Positions 24,057-32,081 of a stretch of DNA of 57,936 nt are shown in pieces. How positions within the stretch are numbered: the stretch's first letter is position 1; the number at the start of each line of letters is the position of its first letter. Source of the stretch: a virus (taxonomy: Duplodnaviria > Caudoviricetes); IMG/VR virus record IMGVR_UViG_3300025723_000043, positions 1 through 57,936 of that record, one strand, 5' to 3'. The notes under the pieces were generated by a model. It was not told the origin of the DNA and ran no database searches. It worked only from the letters and a program-made list of their open reading frames with translations. The position numbers and the translations under genes were made by a program.

Positions 24057-25273
24057 TAGAACGTTCCCCCAGAAATGCCATTAGGAACGTACAAACCAAA
24101 AGAAGAAAACAACGCCCCTAAACTACCGTTGATTGCAACTCCAACTGTATTACTTGCAGGCAAATAAATACCAGTATTTGTATTAGAAGTAAAATTAATC
24201 GAAGGTGTAGAAAGCGATCCTGCTGACAAAGTCAAACTTGTAAAAGTGCTAGCTGAACCAGAATTAGCGTTGTATACATTGGTACCATCACAAATCACTA
24301 ATATGGTTTGCATCTGTGAAACACTTACTGTAGCTCCACCACCTACACCAGTGCTTATAGTAAAAGTATACGACCCAGATGTATTGTTTGTAATTGCATA
24401 CAACTGAACAGTTTGAGGAACTTTAACAATTTGGTTTGATGTTAATGTACCTGTATAAACTTGAATTGTATTTGATGCTTGAGCTGAACTTAATGTGTAT
24501 GTGCCACCAGTTACGCTAACAGCTAACTGTGTGTAAGCAAAAGCATTAGATCTGCCATAAGCAAAAGTGTTATATCCTGATCCATTACAAACTACAACAA
24601 CAGATTCGGTCAATTGAAGTTGTTGAGTTGGGTTCCCGTCAATAGTGTCTGATCCTTGAGGCGTAATGGTACAAATACCAGTTCCATCATTTTTTACCAT
24701 GACAAACCAATTGTTACCTGCTGTACTAGAAGCTGGTAATGTCAATGTCCCAACACCAGTTGACCAAACAAGTAATGAAGCTCTACTTGCCAGTGGTATT
24801 GTCGTACTTGAATATATGAAACTTACATTGTATGACTGATTTAAGGTTGTATTGATTGCTGTTAAACCATAACCAGCCAAAGATGAAGAATTAGCTGATG
24901 AAGTTCCTGCACCAAATTGAATTTCAGCCCAAGTTCCTTGTGTTGTTGAATTATCAATTAAGTATATGTACCAAGCTAAACCAGAGGCAATCGTGATCAA
25001 TGTATTGCCAAGAATATCTGTGACAGTAAAAGGATTTGATCCAGTATTTCTGATTAATGTAGATTGACCAGTAGATACTTGTAAAGCAGATGGCATTATC
25101 AAAGACAAGCCAGTTGTTGTGGCATTAACATCAATGATGTTTGCTACAACAGAACCAGTATTTCCATTGATAGGCCATTGAAGAAATGTATTTATTGAAA
25201 GAGTCAAAGACTCGTACCCAACTTGGGTAGGGCTTATCGTCTGGCCTGTGAACGGATCGGTATATGTGGTCAT
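24056..25273 (-). CDS. Tail/virion structural protein
   Basis: Thr/Ser/Gly-rich beta protein with TLTLP...VKNDG...ITP.GSDTIDG and GS...PSI.F..NTNTGIY motifs typical of tail fibre parts. Confidence 0.65.
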   Translation of the reverse strand: MTTYTDPFTGQTISPTQVGYESLTLSINTFLQWPINGNTGSVVANIIDVNATTTGLSLIMPSALQVSTGQSTLIRNTGSNPFTVTDILGNTLITIASGLAWYIYLIDNSTTQGTWAEIQFGAGTSSANSSSLAGYGLTAINTTLNQSYNVSFIYSSTTIPLASRASLLVWSTGVGTLTLPASSTAGNNWFVMVKNDGTGICTITPQGSDTIDGNPTQQLQLTESVVVVCNGSGYNTFAYGRSNAFAYTQLAVSVTGGTYTLSSAQASNTIQVYTGTLTSNQIVKVPQTVQLYAITNNTSGSYTFTISTGVGGGATVSVSQMQTILVICDGTNVYNANSGSASTFTSLTLSAGSLSTPSINFTSNTNTGIYLPASNTVGVAINGSLGALFSSFGLYVPNGISGGTF

Positions 25274-25275
25274 GA

Positions 25276-25920
25276 TTAGCTATCCAGTGCGATGGCTTGT
25301 CTGTCAGCCAAACGAGAAACGTCCTCGGTCTTGAGGGCGGCTATGGCGGCATCGTACTTCTGTTGAAATATCTGCCTCTGATCGTTTTTCAAGAAAATCA
25401 TCGCTTGCAACAACGTGCCAAAAATCATCGCATTTGGTGCATTTCTGGTCAGCCAGTTTGTTTGGTTGTCACTTGCAAGGGGTTGAATTCTTTCGTAAAA
25501 AAGAACCTCAAATGAGTATGCTTGATCAGGAGTAGGTGCAACTAACCAATGTTCATAGTCATAGTCACCATAATATTTGGGTGTACCAGTGGTTGACCCT
25601 GATGGAGCATACTGCTCAAGATATTCGTATTTACGCAAAAAAACAGGCTGTTTAGAGCCATTGTTTGTTATATTCATCGATACAGTTTTGCGCCATCTTG
25701 CTGGCTTTGGTATCACATTGTTACCTGCAGTCATCGTAGATTCAACTACTTGTAACTGACCTAAGGTTTTGATTTCTTGAGCTATTTCAAACTCACAAAG
25801 AGTTATGAAAGTAGGTATTTGATTAACAAGGGCTGTGTCATTACGCTCTAGGTACTGTTCTACAGTAGTGACTAAAGAGTTATACGTTAAAACGAATGAT
25901 GGAGTCGCTGTAGTGGTCAT
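25276..25920 (-). CDS. Head-tail adaptor protein
   Basis: TY..L...V..YL.R.D....IP.FI.L.E; GTPKYY; APTPD..Y..E..Y; TNWL...P. Confidence 0.75.
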   Translation of the reverse strand: MTTTATPSFVLTYNSLVTTVEQYLERNDTALVNQIPTFITLCEFEIAQEIKTLGQLQVVESTMTAGNNVIPKPARWRKTVSMNITNNGSKQPVFLRKYEYLEQYAPSGSTTGTPKYYGDYDYEHWLVAPTPDQAYSFEVLFYERIQPLASDNQTNWLTRNAPNAMIFGTLLQAMIFLKNDQRQIFQQKYDAAIAALKTEDVSRLADRQAIALDS

Positions 25921-25962
25921 GATTTAGCCATTCTTTTAGTCATTTTAACTACCTATATCCCT

Positions 25963-26559
25963 TCAGGCAAGGACTTGTAAAGCGTGTTCGGTTTGAGCTT
26001 TTCTGTCATCTAACCCAATCGTTCCACCGTTGATTCGTTTGGTCAAACCAAGATCATCACCAGCCTCTGCCAAAGCATTGCATCCATGGGTAGACCAGAA
26101 CCAGCCTGCACTGAGACAAGCTACCCTTGGCTGTCTGACCAGCTCAGGTTGCATAACCAAATCGATCCCCAAAGCTTGTCCACAGTGCCAGTAGTTGTCG
26201 TGTCCTGTAAGCTGAAAGAGACCACCCCCTCTGAACCTCCATCCATCCCCAAAAGCCTCATCTCGGTTTCCCATACGGTTGCTGTAGATGTGGTTAGCAA
26301 TCAACTGAGGCTGTCTGGCGTACTTGTTAGCTTCTTCAATAGTGGGAAAACGCTTAGACCAAAGTTTCATCAAAGACTCAGCCTTGTAGTTCAAGTTTTC
26401 CTCTAAAGCTCTGAAATGGTTGGATTCATGGGAGGCTTGGGCAATAAACCTAGCTTCTTGAGCCACAGAATTGATCTTAAAGCGTTCAAAAGTCTCTTTT
26501 AAGGGGTCTACCCACTCAGGACCTATCCCTAGAGCATGGAGCTTTTCTGCTGTAATCAT
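25963..26559 (-). CDS. Endolysin, glycoside hydrolase family 19
   Basis: FIAQ..HES, ENLNY, DGWRFRG.G..QLTG.DNY, TKRINGG. Confidence 0.92.
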   Translation of the reverse strand: MITAEKLHALGIGPEWVDPLKETFERFKINSVAQEARFIAQASHESNHFRALEENLNYKAESLMKLWSKRFPTIEEANKYARQPQLIANHIYSNRMGNRDEAFGDGWRFRGGGLFQLTGHDNYWHCGQALGIDLVMQPELVRQPRVACLSAGWFWSTHGCNALAEAGDDLGLTKRINGGTIGLDDRKAQTEHALQVLA

Positions 26560-27128
26560 TTGACACCCTCATTCACGGTTTCCATTACTTGGTTGTAACG
26601 GGCGATGCAGGAGTTGTAGCTGACGATGGCTGAGTCTCCATCTGAGGCGATTTGGACAATATCTTTAATAGCCTGTCTGTCAGATTCGGCTCCAGAGGCT
26701 CCATCCCCAGAGGAGGAACCTGCACTGGCTTGTACACCACAGGTGGAGGGGAGGCGCAACTCACCAGAGTCAATGCGAGCATTAATACTATTTTGCTTGG
26801 TTTTAATGTCATTTTTGGCCTGTTTTAGTTGGCTGGTGGCTCTTGCGAGCTTTTGTCCGAGTTCTGCTTCTTTTGCACGAGCTTCGCCATTAAGTCTTTC
26901 AATTTCAGCTTTATCTTCGTCAACTCGTCTTTGATAGCCTCTGTGATCAGCAACATAGTAACCTCCTGCGATGACTAACAACAAACCCACAACTTTCATG
27001 ATGAAAGCGTGGGGCTTTAACATAGGGATAAACCCTACCAGATAACTCAATACATAAGCAACTGCACCAACTGCCAAAGCAATAACTGCAAGCCAATAAA
27101 ACAAGTCATCAAAAAACCATGAGAGCAT
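26556..27128 (-). CDS. i-spanin (Rz-like)
   Basis: N-terminal TMs, periplasmic coiled coil, LRLP..C, C-terminal C; contains an embedded lipoprotein ORF. Confidence 0.8.
   Translation of the reverse strand: MLSWFFDDLFYWLAVIALAVGAVAYVLSYLVGFIPMLKPHAFIMKVVGLLLVIAGGYYVADHRGYQRRVDEDKAEIERLNGEARAKEAELGQKLARATSQLKQAKNDIKTKQNSINARIDSGELRLPSTCGVQASAGSSSGDGASGAESDRQAIKDIVQIASDGDSAIVSYNSCIARYNQVMETVNEGVK
26585..26812 (-). CDS. o-spanin (Rz1-like lipoprotein), embedded in Rz
   Basis: Signal with lipobox LVSC followed by a Pro-rich segment, in another frame inside the Rz gene. Confidence 0.75.
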   Translation of the reverse strand: MTLKPSKIVLMLALTLVSCASPPPVVYKPVQVPPLGMEPLEPNLTDRLLKILSKSPQMETQPSSATTPASPVTTK

Positions 27129-27129
27129 A

Positions 27130-27645
27130 CTAAGCATTTTTAGCCTCTGCTCTAGCCATAGCCATGTGTTCTCTTATTTCATCATCTTCTAAGGTTGGTG
27201 GACCTTTAGGTGGTGGTGGTGGCGTCCAAGACTCGTCAAACTGAGGATTCTTAAAGGTAGGCAAAGATCCAAAAGGTTGGGTTGAGGCAAAGTTTGACCC
27301 AAAGTTTTGCCCCATTTGCCCCATCATGGGCTGGCCTTGCATACCATAGCAATTCATGGGCATAGTTGGAGCTGTAGCTTGTTTTATAGCTCCTATGGTA
27401 CTTGCTACTCCACCAGCTACTTTTTTGCCTGCTACGCCTCCTATGGCACCTACAATCAAAAGAACGATGTCATTTAACATCTTTTGATCAGCTTGATCCA
27501 TCGGTGATATGGCTTTGAGGGGCTGAATTACAAAAGTAGTCCTGTAAATCAAGGAAATAACAATAAAAAATAGAACAGCAGTGATGGATATGACCACAAA
27601 GGCCCATACCCTCGTTTCTATCTCATCATTTGTTAGCTTGTTCAA
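27130..27645 (-). CDS. Two-TM membrane protein (holin candidate)
   Basis: Two hydrophobic segments, located in the lysis cluster. Confidence 0.55.
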   Translation of the reverse strand: MNKLTNDEIETRVWAFVVISITAVLFFIVISLIYRTTFVIQPLKAISPMDQADQKMLNDIVLLIVGAIGGVAGKKVAGGVASTIGAIKQATAPTMPMNCYGMQGQPMMGQMGQNFGSNFASTQPFGSLPTFKNPQFDESWTPPPPPKGPPTLEDDEIREHMAMARAEAKNA

Positions 27646-27844
27646 CTTTCTTCTCCAGAACTGGTGCTACTAGGTACTCAGGGCAAGTTTGACTGAACTC
27701 ACAGCGAGGATGTTGACATTCTTTGTCTTGAAAGTGGTCAAAGTCCTGACATATATATCTATATTTGTCTTCACATGAACACAAAAACGGGAAAAGTATA
27801 CATATCAATACTGACGTATATACAAAATTGAATTTTTTAATCAT
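27626..27844 (-). CDS. Cys-rich putative lipoprotein
   Basis: Hydrophobic signal ending LCSC, then EDKYRY.CQD...C..P.C....CP. Confidence 0.6.
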   Translation of the reverse strand: MIKKFNFVYTSVLICILFPFLCSCEDKYRYICQDFDHFQDKECQHPRCEFSQTCPEYLVAPVLEKKVEQANK

Positions 27845-28002
27845 TTCCCTTCAATCCTTGTCAAAGCTTTGTTGACCCTAAGTTCCATCTGCCTCACATC
27901 CACATACATCCAAGCAATCAGGGGAATCAACAATAACAAAACGACCAATAGAACAACAATCAGTAAGATGGCGAGTGTGTCATGCTTAGAATCATTAGCC
28001 AT
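27841..28002 (-). CDS. Single-TM protein
   Basis: Long hydrophobic run LAILLIVVLLVVLLLLIPLIAW; start placed at MANDSK. Confidence 0.55.
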   Translation of the reverse strand: MANDSKHDTLAILLIVVLLVVLLLLIPLIAWMYVDVRQMELRVNKALTRIEGK

Positions 28003-28676
28003 ATCCACATCAGCATCAGCACTGTAATTGCTGTAGCCACCATTCTTCCCTTGATTAGATCTGCCTTTTGCTGACGTTGCCATTTTGCCCTACGCTCCTT
28101 TAGCATTTCTTCTCTCCTTGCTAGAGCCTGCACGTTGGCAATGTGACCAATTTGCTGATTGACACGAGTGTACAAATCCTTCAACTCATGTGGAACGTGG
28201 TACACCATGTAGTCACTCAGCTCCGTATTCAACTTCTCCATCTGCAAATTGGCAATCGTTATCTTGATCGCCGCCTCCTGACCCTCGTCATTATTTGCAT
28301 GGAGAGCAAATTCTTCTTGTTCTTTAACGTAGTTCTTTAACCCGTTGTAAGCTTGGAAGAACTTGATGAGAGCGTCACTGACCTGTTGGTAAATGAGGTT
28401 TTCATCAAACTCTGGTGGAGGCTCTTTCTTTTTCTTAACTTTCTTAACAGGTTGTGCAACTTCTTGTTGCACTTCCTCTTTTTTACCAAAAACAGCACTC
28501 AGGAACCCAAGAAGACCCTTGGCTTTCTTCTGTACTGTCTTAACGTCTTTGATAACTCCATCAACTTCCTTGGCGATGTCAGTAACAATTTGACGCCCTT
28601 CCTTGTACATTTCACAAGCGTCTTTGCACATCTTGAAAGCACCTGAAGCAAGGGCAACGAGGGTGAATGGATCAAT
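27960..28676 (-). CDS. Coiled-coil protein with C-terminal TM; probable ATT start
   Basis: Frame is open upstream of the ATG at 28631 up to ATT at 28676, giving (M)DPFTLVALASGAFKMCK; GGGGTG upstream. Confidence 0.6.
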   Translation of the reverse strand: MDPFTLVALASGAFKMCKDACEMYKEGRQIVTDIAKEVDGVIKDVKTVQKKAKGLLGFLSAVFGKKEEVQQEVAQPVKKVKKKKEPPPEFDENLIYQQVSDALIKFFQAYNGLKNYVKEQEEFALHANNDEGQEAAIKITIANLQMEKLNTELSDYMVYHVPHELKDLYTRVNQQIGHIANVQALARREEMLKERRAKWQRQQKADLIKGRMVATAITVLMLMWIWLMILSMTHSPSY

Positions 28677-28679
28677 TTG

Positions 28680-28877
28680 TTACACCCCAAAAAAGTGTTT
28701 GAAGAACGTGCCAGCAACGCCGGGGCCCAACAGCACCAAAACCATCACCCCATAGAGCAAATACTCTATCTTCGTCATTCGCTTGTCCCCATCCTTCAGC
28801 ATCTGAAAGATATGGTTATACCTTTCAGTGCAGATAGCCTCATGGACAGCAAGGTCCTTCTCGACATCAGCAGACAT
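28680..28877 (-). CDS. Small holin/XhlA-like membrane protein
   Basis: L.VHEAIC.ERY coiled coil plus a single TM. Confidence 0.6.
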   Translation of the reverse strand: MSADVEKDLAVHEAICTERYNHIFQMLKDGDKRMTKIEYLLYGVMVLVLLGPGVAGTFFKHFFGV

Positions 28878-29050
28878 CAGTCAAACCCTCTTAAAGTTTT
28901 AGCCAAGTTTTTACGCTTTGCCATCTTGGGTGAATCAGTGGACTTAACAGCCAACTTCTTCATAGGTATTTTTTTGCCCTCAGGTACACCAAGAGCTTTA
29001 TGCAAAGCACCTTTATGTTTGATGGCTTTTTGTATCCACTGTTCACTCAT
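28877..29050 (-). CDS. Small basic phage protein (57 aa)
   Basis: Manual ORF MSEQWIQKAIKHKGALHKALGVPEGKKIP...LAKTLRGFD; AGGAG RBS. Confidence 0.75.
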   Translation of the reverse strand: MSEQWIQKAIKHKGALHKALGVPEGKKIPMKKLAVKSTDSPKMAKRKNLAKTLRGFD

Positions 29051-29053
29051 GAT

Positions 29054-29386
29054 TTACTCCTTAGATGGTGCTGGCTCGGGATCTGGCTGAGGTGCAAGAG
29101 TTGGGTCTACAACTGGTGTATCCACAACTGGAGCAGGATCAGCAGAAACAGGGGTATCACTATTAGTAACATTTTCAGTCTCCACAGGTTGTTCTACAGG
29201 TGCAGAAGCAGGAGCCACAAATGTAGGCTCAGGCGTTACCTCTCCAATTGGTGAAGGTGGTGCCACAACAGCATCTTTTACTTCAGGATACTTTGTGTGC
29301 AAATAATCAATAAATCTATGCAGTTCATCTGAAACTTCTGTTTCAAAATCCTGTAGATGTGCTCTAATCTCTTTTAAAAATTGCAT
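29054..29386 (-). CDS. Hypothetical protein with acidic Pro-rich tail
   Basis: ORF track; GGAG RBS. Confidence 0.65.
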   Translation of the reverse strand: MQFLKEIRAHLQDFETEVSDELHRFIDYLHTKYPEVKDAVVAPPSPIGEVTPEPTFVAPASAPVEQPVETENVTNSDTPVSADPAPVVDTPVVDPTLAPQPDPEPAPSKE

Positions 29387-29433
29387 GATTAATCTCCATT
29401 CGTTAAGTTTAAAGTTTACTTACACATAAATTT

Positions 29434-30288
29434 TTAGTTTATTCCATAAACAGTAATTGAACCACTGAAATAGTCAGTACCACTGCCACCATTTAAAAAG
29501 TTAACAGCAGTAATTGCATTTGTGTTTAACACTCGACCGTTAAATGTGGCACTAATAACATAGTTTGAACCCAAAGTATAAATAGAATTGCCAAAGATAG
29601 TTGCATATGGACCATTTACATTGTTTACATAAATCATTGCAGATAGTCCACCATAGGAAGAATAATTACCTACATTTCCTATATAAAAATAAGATAAATT
29701 ATTTGTATTTTGAGTTGAAATATTTGAACCTTGATTAGATTCAACATGAGAGCCTGCGGCCTGATATCCACTAGTAATAATGGTTGGTGTGCCACCATAA
29801 CCAAGTTGCATTTCAAATTGTTGAAGTGTTGGCGTAATCCAATTATCAAGAATCAAAAGATATCTATTAAATCCACCAGTTAATGATAGAAGATATGTTG
29901 TTGAGCTTCCAGATAATGTGTATGTACCAATTTTAGTCATGGCACCATATGGAGAAGCCCAAGTTGGTGCCCCTGACCCTGAACTTGTTAAAACCTGACC
30001 CGTTGTACCAACTGATGTATAGGCAATAGCTGTACCTGTACCATAAGCTATGGTTCCTGCAGTTGGAGTGGCTGTTGTGTTCGTGCCACCAGATGAAATA
30101 GGAATTGGTATGGTTCCAGCTACAGATGCATTTGCTAATACTGCAATAGATGTACCATTGTTATAGAACAACTTTCCATCTGTGTAATTGATAGCTAATT
30201 CACCAACTTGTAAATTTGATGTAGTAGGTTGATTTCCAGTTGTGCCACTGTTAAAAAGAACGATTGGGGTAGAGCCTGAAGCCGCCAT
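29434..30288 (-). CDS. Tail fibre / receptor-binding protein
   Basis: N-terminal PT..NL..GELAINYTDGKLFY anchoring motif, GGT...GQVLTS.G...PTW shaft, beta-rich tip ending G.ITVYG. Confidence 0.75.
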   Translation of the reverse strand: MAASGSTPIVLFNSGTTGNQPTTSNLQVGELAINYTDGKLFYNNGTSIAVLANASVAGTIPIPISSGGTNTTATPTAGTIAYGTGTAIAYTSVGTTGQVLTSSGSGAPTWASPYGAMTKIGTYTLSGSSTTYLLSLTGGFNRYLLILDNWITPTLQQFEMQLGYGGTPTIITSGYQAAGSHVESNQGSNISTQNTNNLSYFYIGNVGNYSSYGGLSAMIYVNNVNGPYATIFGNSIYTLGSNYVISATFNGRVLNTNAITAVNFLNGGSGTDYFSGSITVYGIN

Positions 30289-30377
30289 GATTTATCCTTT
30301 GCAAAGTAAAAGCGCCATTGAGTATCCCAAGATAAATGCCACCACGGGATGACAAATAAACTTAGTTATCTTCTCCA

Positions 30378-30701
30378 TTAAGCCACCCAAGGTAGTTTGG
30401 GCGATACAACTGGAGGATTAACTTGATTGGCGATCATGGTATCCAAAGATGCCTGATTTTCTGTTTCGTTAACACCAGAGGCCCAAATCCATCCCAAAAC
30501 CTGATCTTGCGTCAATTGAGAAAAAGGTGTGAAAGGTGAGCCTGCAGTATAAGTGACTGGGCAAGTGTTATAGATAGAGGCAGTGTGAGTGCCATCTGTA
30601 CCATTACAGCGCCAGTGGACATTAAAAGCCACATCGGTTTGACCTTCTGAGGATGGATAGCAATCGATTGCCTCAACGTTCCATGTGTAAGTGTTTGCCA
30701 T
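30378..30701 (-). CDS. Tail-fibre-associated small protein
   Basis: TW.V..D...DV...VHWR...FTPF..LT.DQV.GW...LPW. Confidence 0.7.
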   Translation of the reverse strand: MANTYTWNVEAIDCYPSSEGQTDVAFNVHWRCNGTDGTHTASIYNTCPVTYTAGSPFTPFSQLTQDQVLGWIWASGVNETENQASLDTMIANQVNPPVVSPKLPWVA

Positions 30702-30711
30702 GATTTAATCC

Positions 30712-31095
30712 TTATGCGAATGATGTATCTAAAACCCAAGTCTTGGTTGGTTCATCCCACTTGTAAAACTTACCATCCGTTGGAAAAGGTGTTGGTGGCG
30801 TCCAAACCCATGTTGGTGCACCAATTGTCCAGCTTGGAAATGGTTGTTCAGGCCAATAAAACACATCATTTGTTGCATCATAGTAATAACCTATTCCTGC
30901 ATAATTTGCTCTAAAGGCTACGCCACCATCGGGTTGGTTGTCTGGCCCATAATGAATACCACCTCTTGTATTATAAGAAGTCCTCTTATAAACATCACCT
31001 GTTCTAGCAGTTAATTCATTTTCATCGTCTTCGTCTCTGCCAACTGTGACAAAAGTCACTATGTTGTTTGAATCTAGTTTTGCAAAGTGTGCCAT
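30712..31095 (-). CDS. Tail-fibre-associated protein (MAHFA family)
   Basis: MAHFAKLD.NN.V, TSYN, FR.NYAGIG..YD, PFPSW, WDE. Confidence 0.75.
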   Translation of the reverse strand: MAHFAKLDSNNIVTFVTVGRDEDDENELTARTGDVYKRTSYNTRGGIHYGPDNQPDGGVAFRANYAGIGYYYDATNDVFYWPEQPFPSWTIGAPTWVWTPPTPFPTDGKFYKWDEPTKTWVLDTSFA

Positions 31096-31103
31096 TTTAT
31101 TCC

Positions 31104-32081
31104 TTAACTAAATGTCACAGTTTCGGACGTTGTTGATGTAGCAGTAACTTTATAAACCTTATTAGAACCAACAGTAGTTGGTCCTGTGAAAGTTACTCCA
31201 CCAGAGAATGTTGCAGAGTTTGCACTTGGAATAGAAAGAATCACAACACCTGATCCACCCGATCCACCCGAAACCGTGTTGTTTCCTTCAGCTCCACCAC
31301 CACCTCCAGTGTTTGCACTTCCGTTTCCTCCTCCAGTGCCACCACCGTTACCACCTCCTCCAGATCCACCAGAACCACCACCGTTTGCACCATTACCACC
31401 TCCACCACCTCCTGCATACGTTACAGAAGATCCAGTAATAGATGAGGCAGATCCACTTCCACCAGCTCCTCCCTGAGTTCCACCTACACTACCTGCTGAT
31501 CCTGCACCACCTCCACCACCTCCAGAGTTATCACCACCACTATCTCCTCCAGCATTACCTTGACCAGATGTGCCTGATGCTCCTAATCCACCATTATTCC
31601 ATCCACCACCACCAGAGCCGCCAGTTTTAGCGTTTCCATTACCTGAACTGTAAAATGTTCCACCTGCTCCACCACCAGTTGCAGTTACAGAATTAAATAC
31701 AGAATTATTTCCATTATTTTGCGTTGAACTTGGATAAGATACGCCTGCACCACCAGCTCCAACAGTAACTGTGTAAGCAGTTCCTGTGGCTAAAGATGAT
31801 GCTGTACCAGTTAAAAATCCTCCAGCACCACCTCCACCACCGTAGTAATTACCACCTGCACCACCACCAGCAACAACTAAATAGTTGACTGAAACGGTGT
31901 TGGATTTACCATAAAAATTGGTGGGCATTGTTATTGCACCACTTGGCACACCAGCTAATGTTCTTACATTCGTGTCATTCAAGCTAATTTGACTTGTTCC
32001 AGTACCACCAAGTTCTTTCTCAATAGAAACACCAGCAGTGGTTCCACCAAGACTTATCGGGCCTGATGAATTCATCGTCAT
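31104..32081 (-). CDS. Glycine-rich tail fibre/tip protein
   Basis: YLVVAGGGAGG...GGGGAGG, YAGGGGG, NTGGGGG, GSGVVI. Confidence 0.8.
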   Translation of the reverse strand: MTMNSSGPISLGGTTAGVSIEKELGGTGTSQISLNDTNVRTLAGVPSGAITMPTNFYGKSNTVSVNYLVVAGGGAGGNYYGGGGGAGGFLTGTASSLATGTAYTVTVGAGGAGVSYPSSTQNNGNNSVFNSVTATGGGAGGTFYSSGNGNAKTGGSGGGGWNNGGLGASGTSGQGNAGGDSGGDNSGGGGGGAGSAGSVGGTQGGAGGSGSASSITGSSVTYAGGGGGGNGANGGGSGGSGGGGNGGGTGGGNGSANTGGGGGAEGNNTVSGGSGGSGVVILSIPSANSATFSGGVTFTGPTTVGSNKVYKVTATSTTSETVTFS

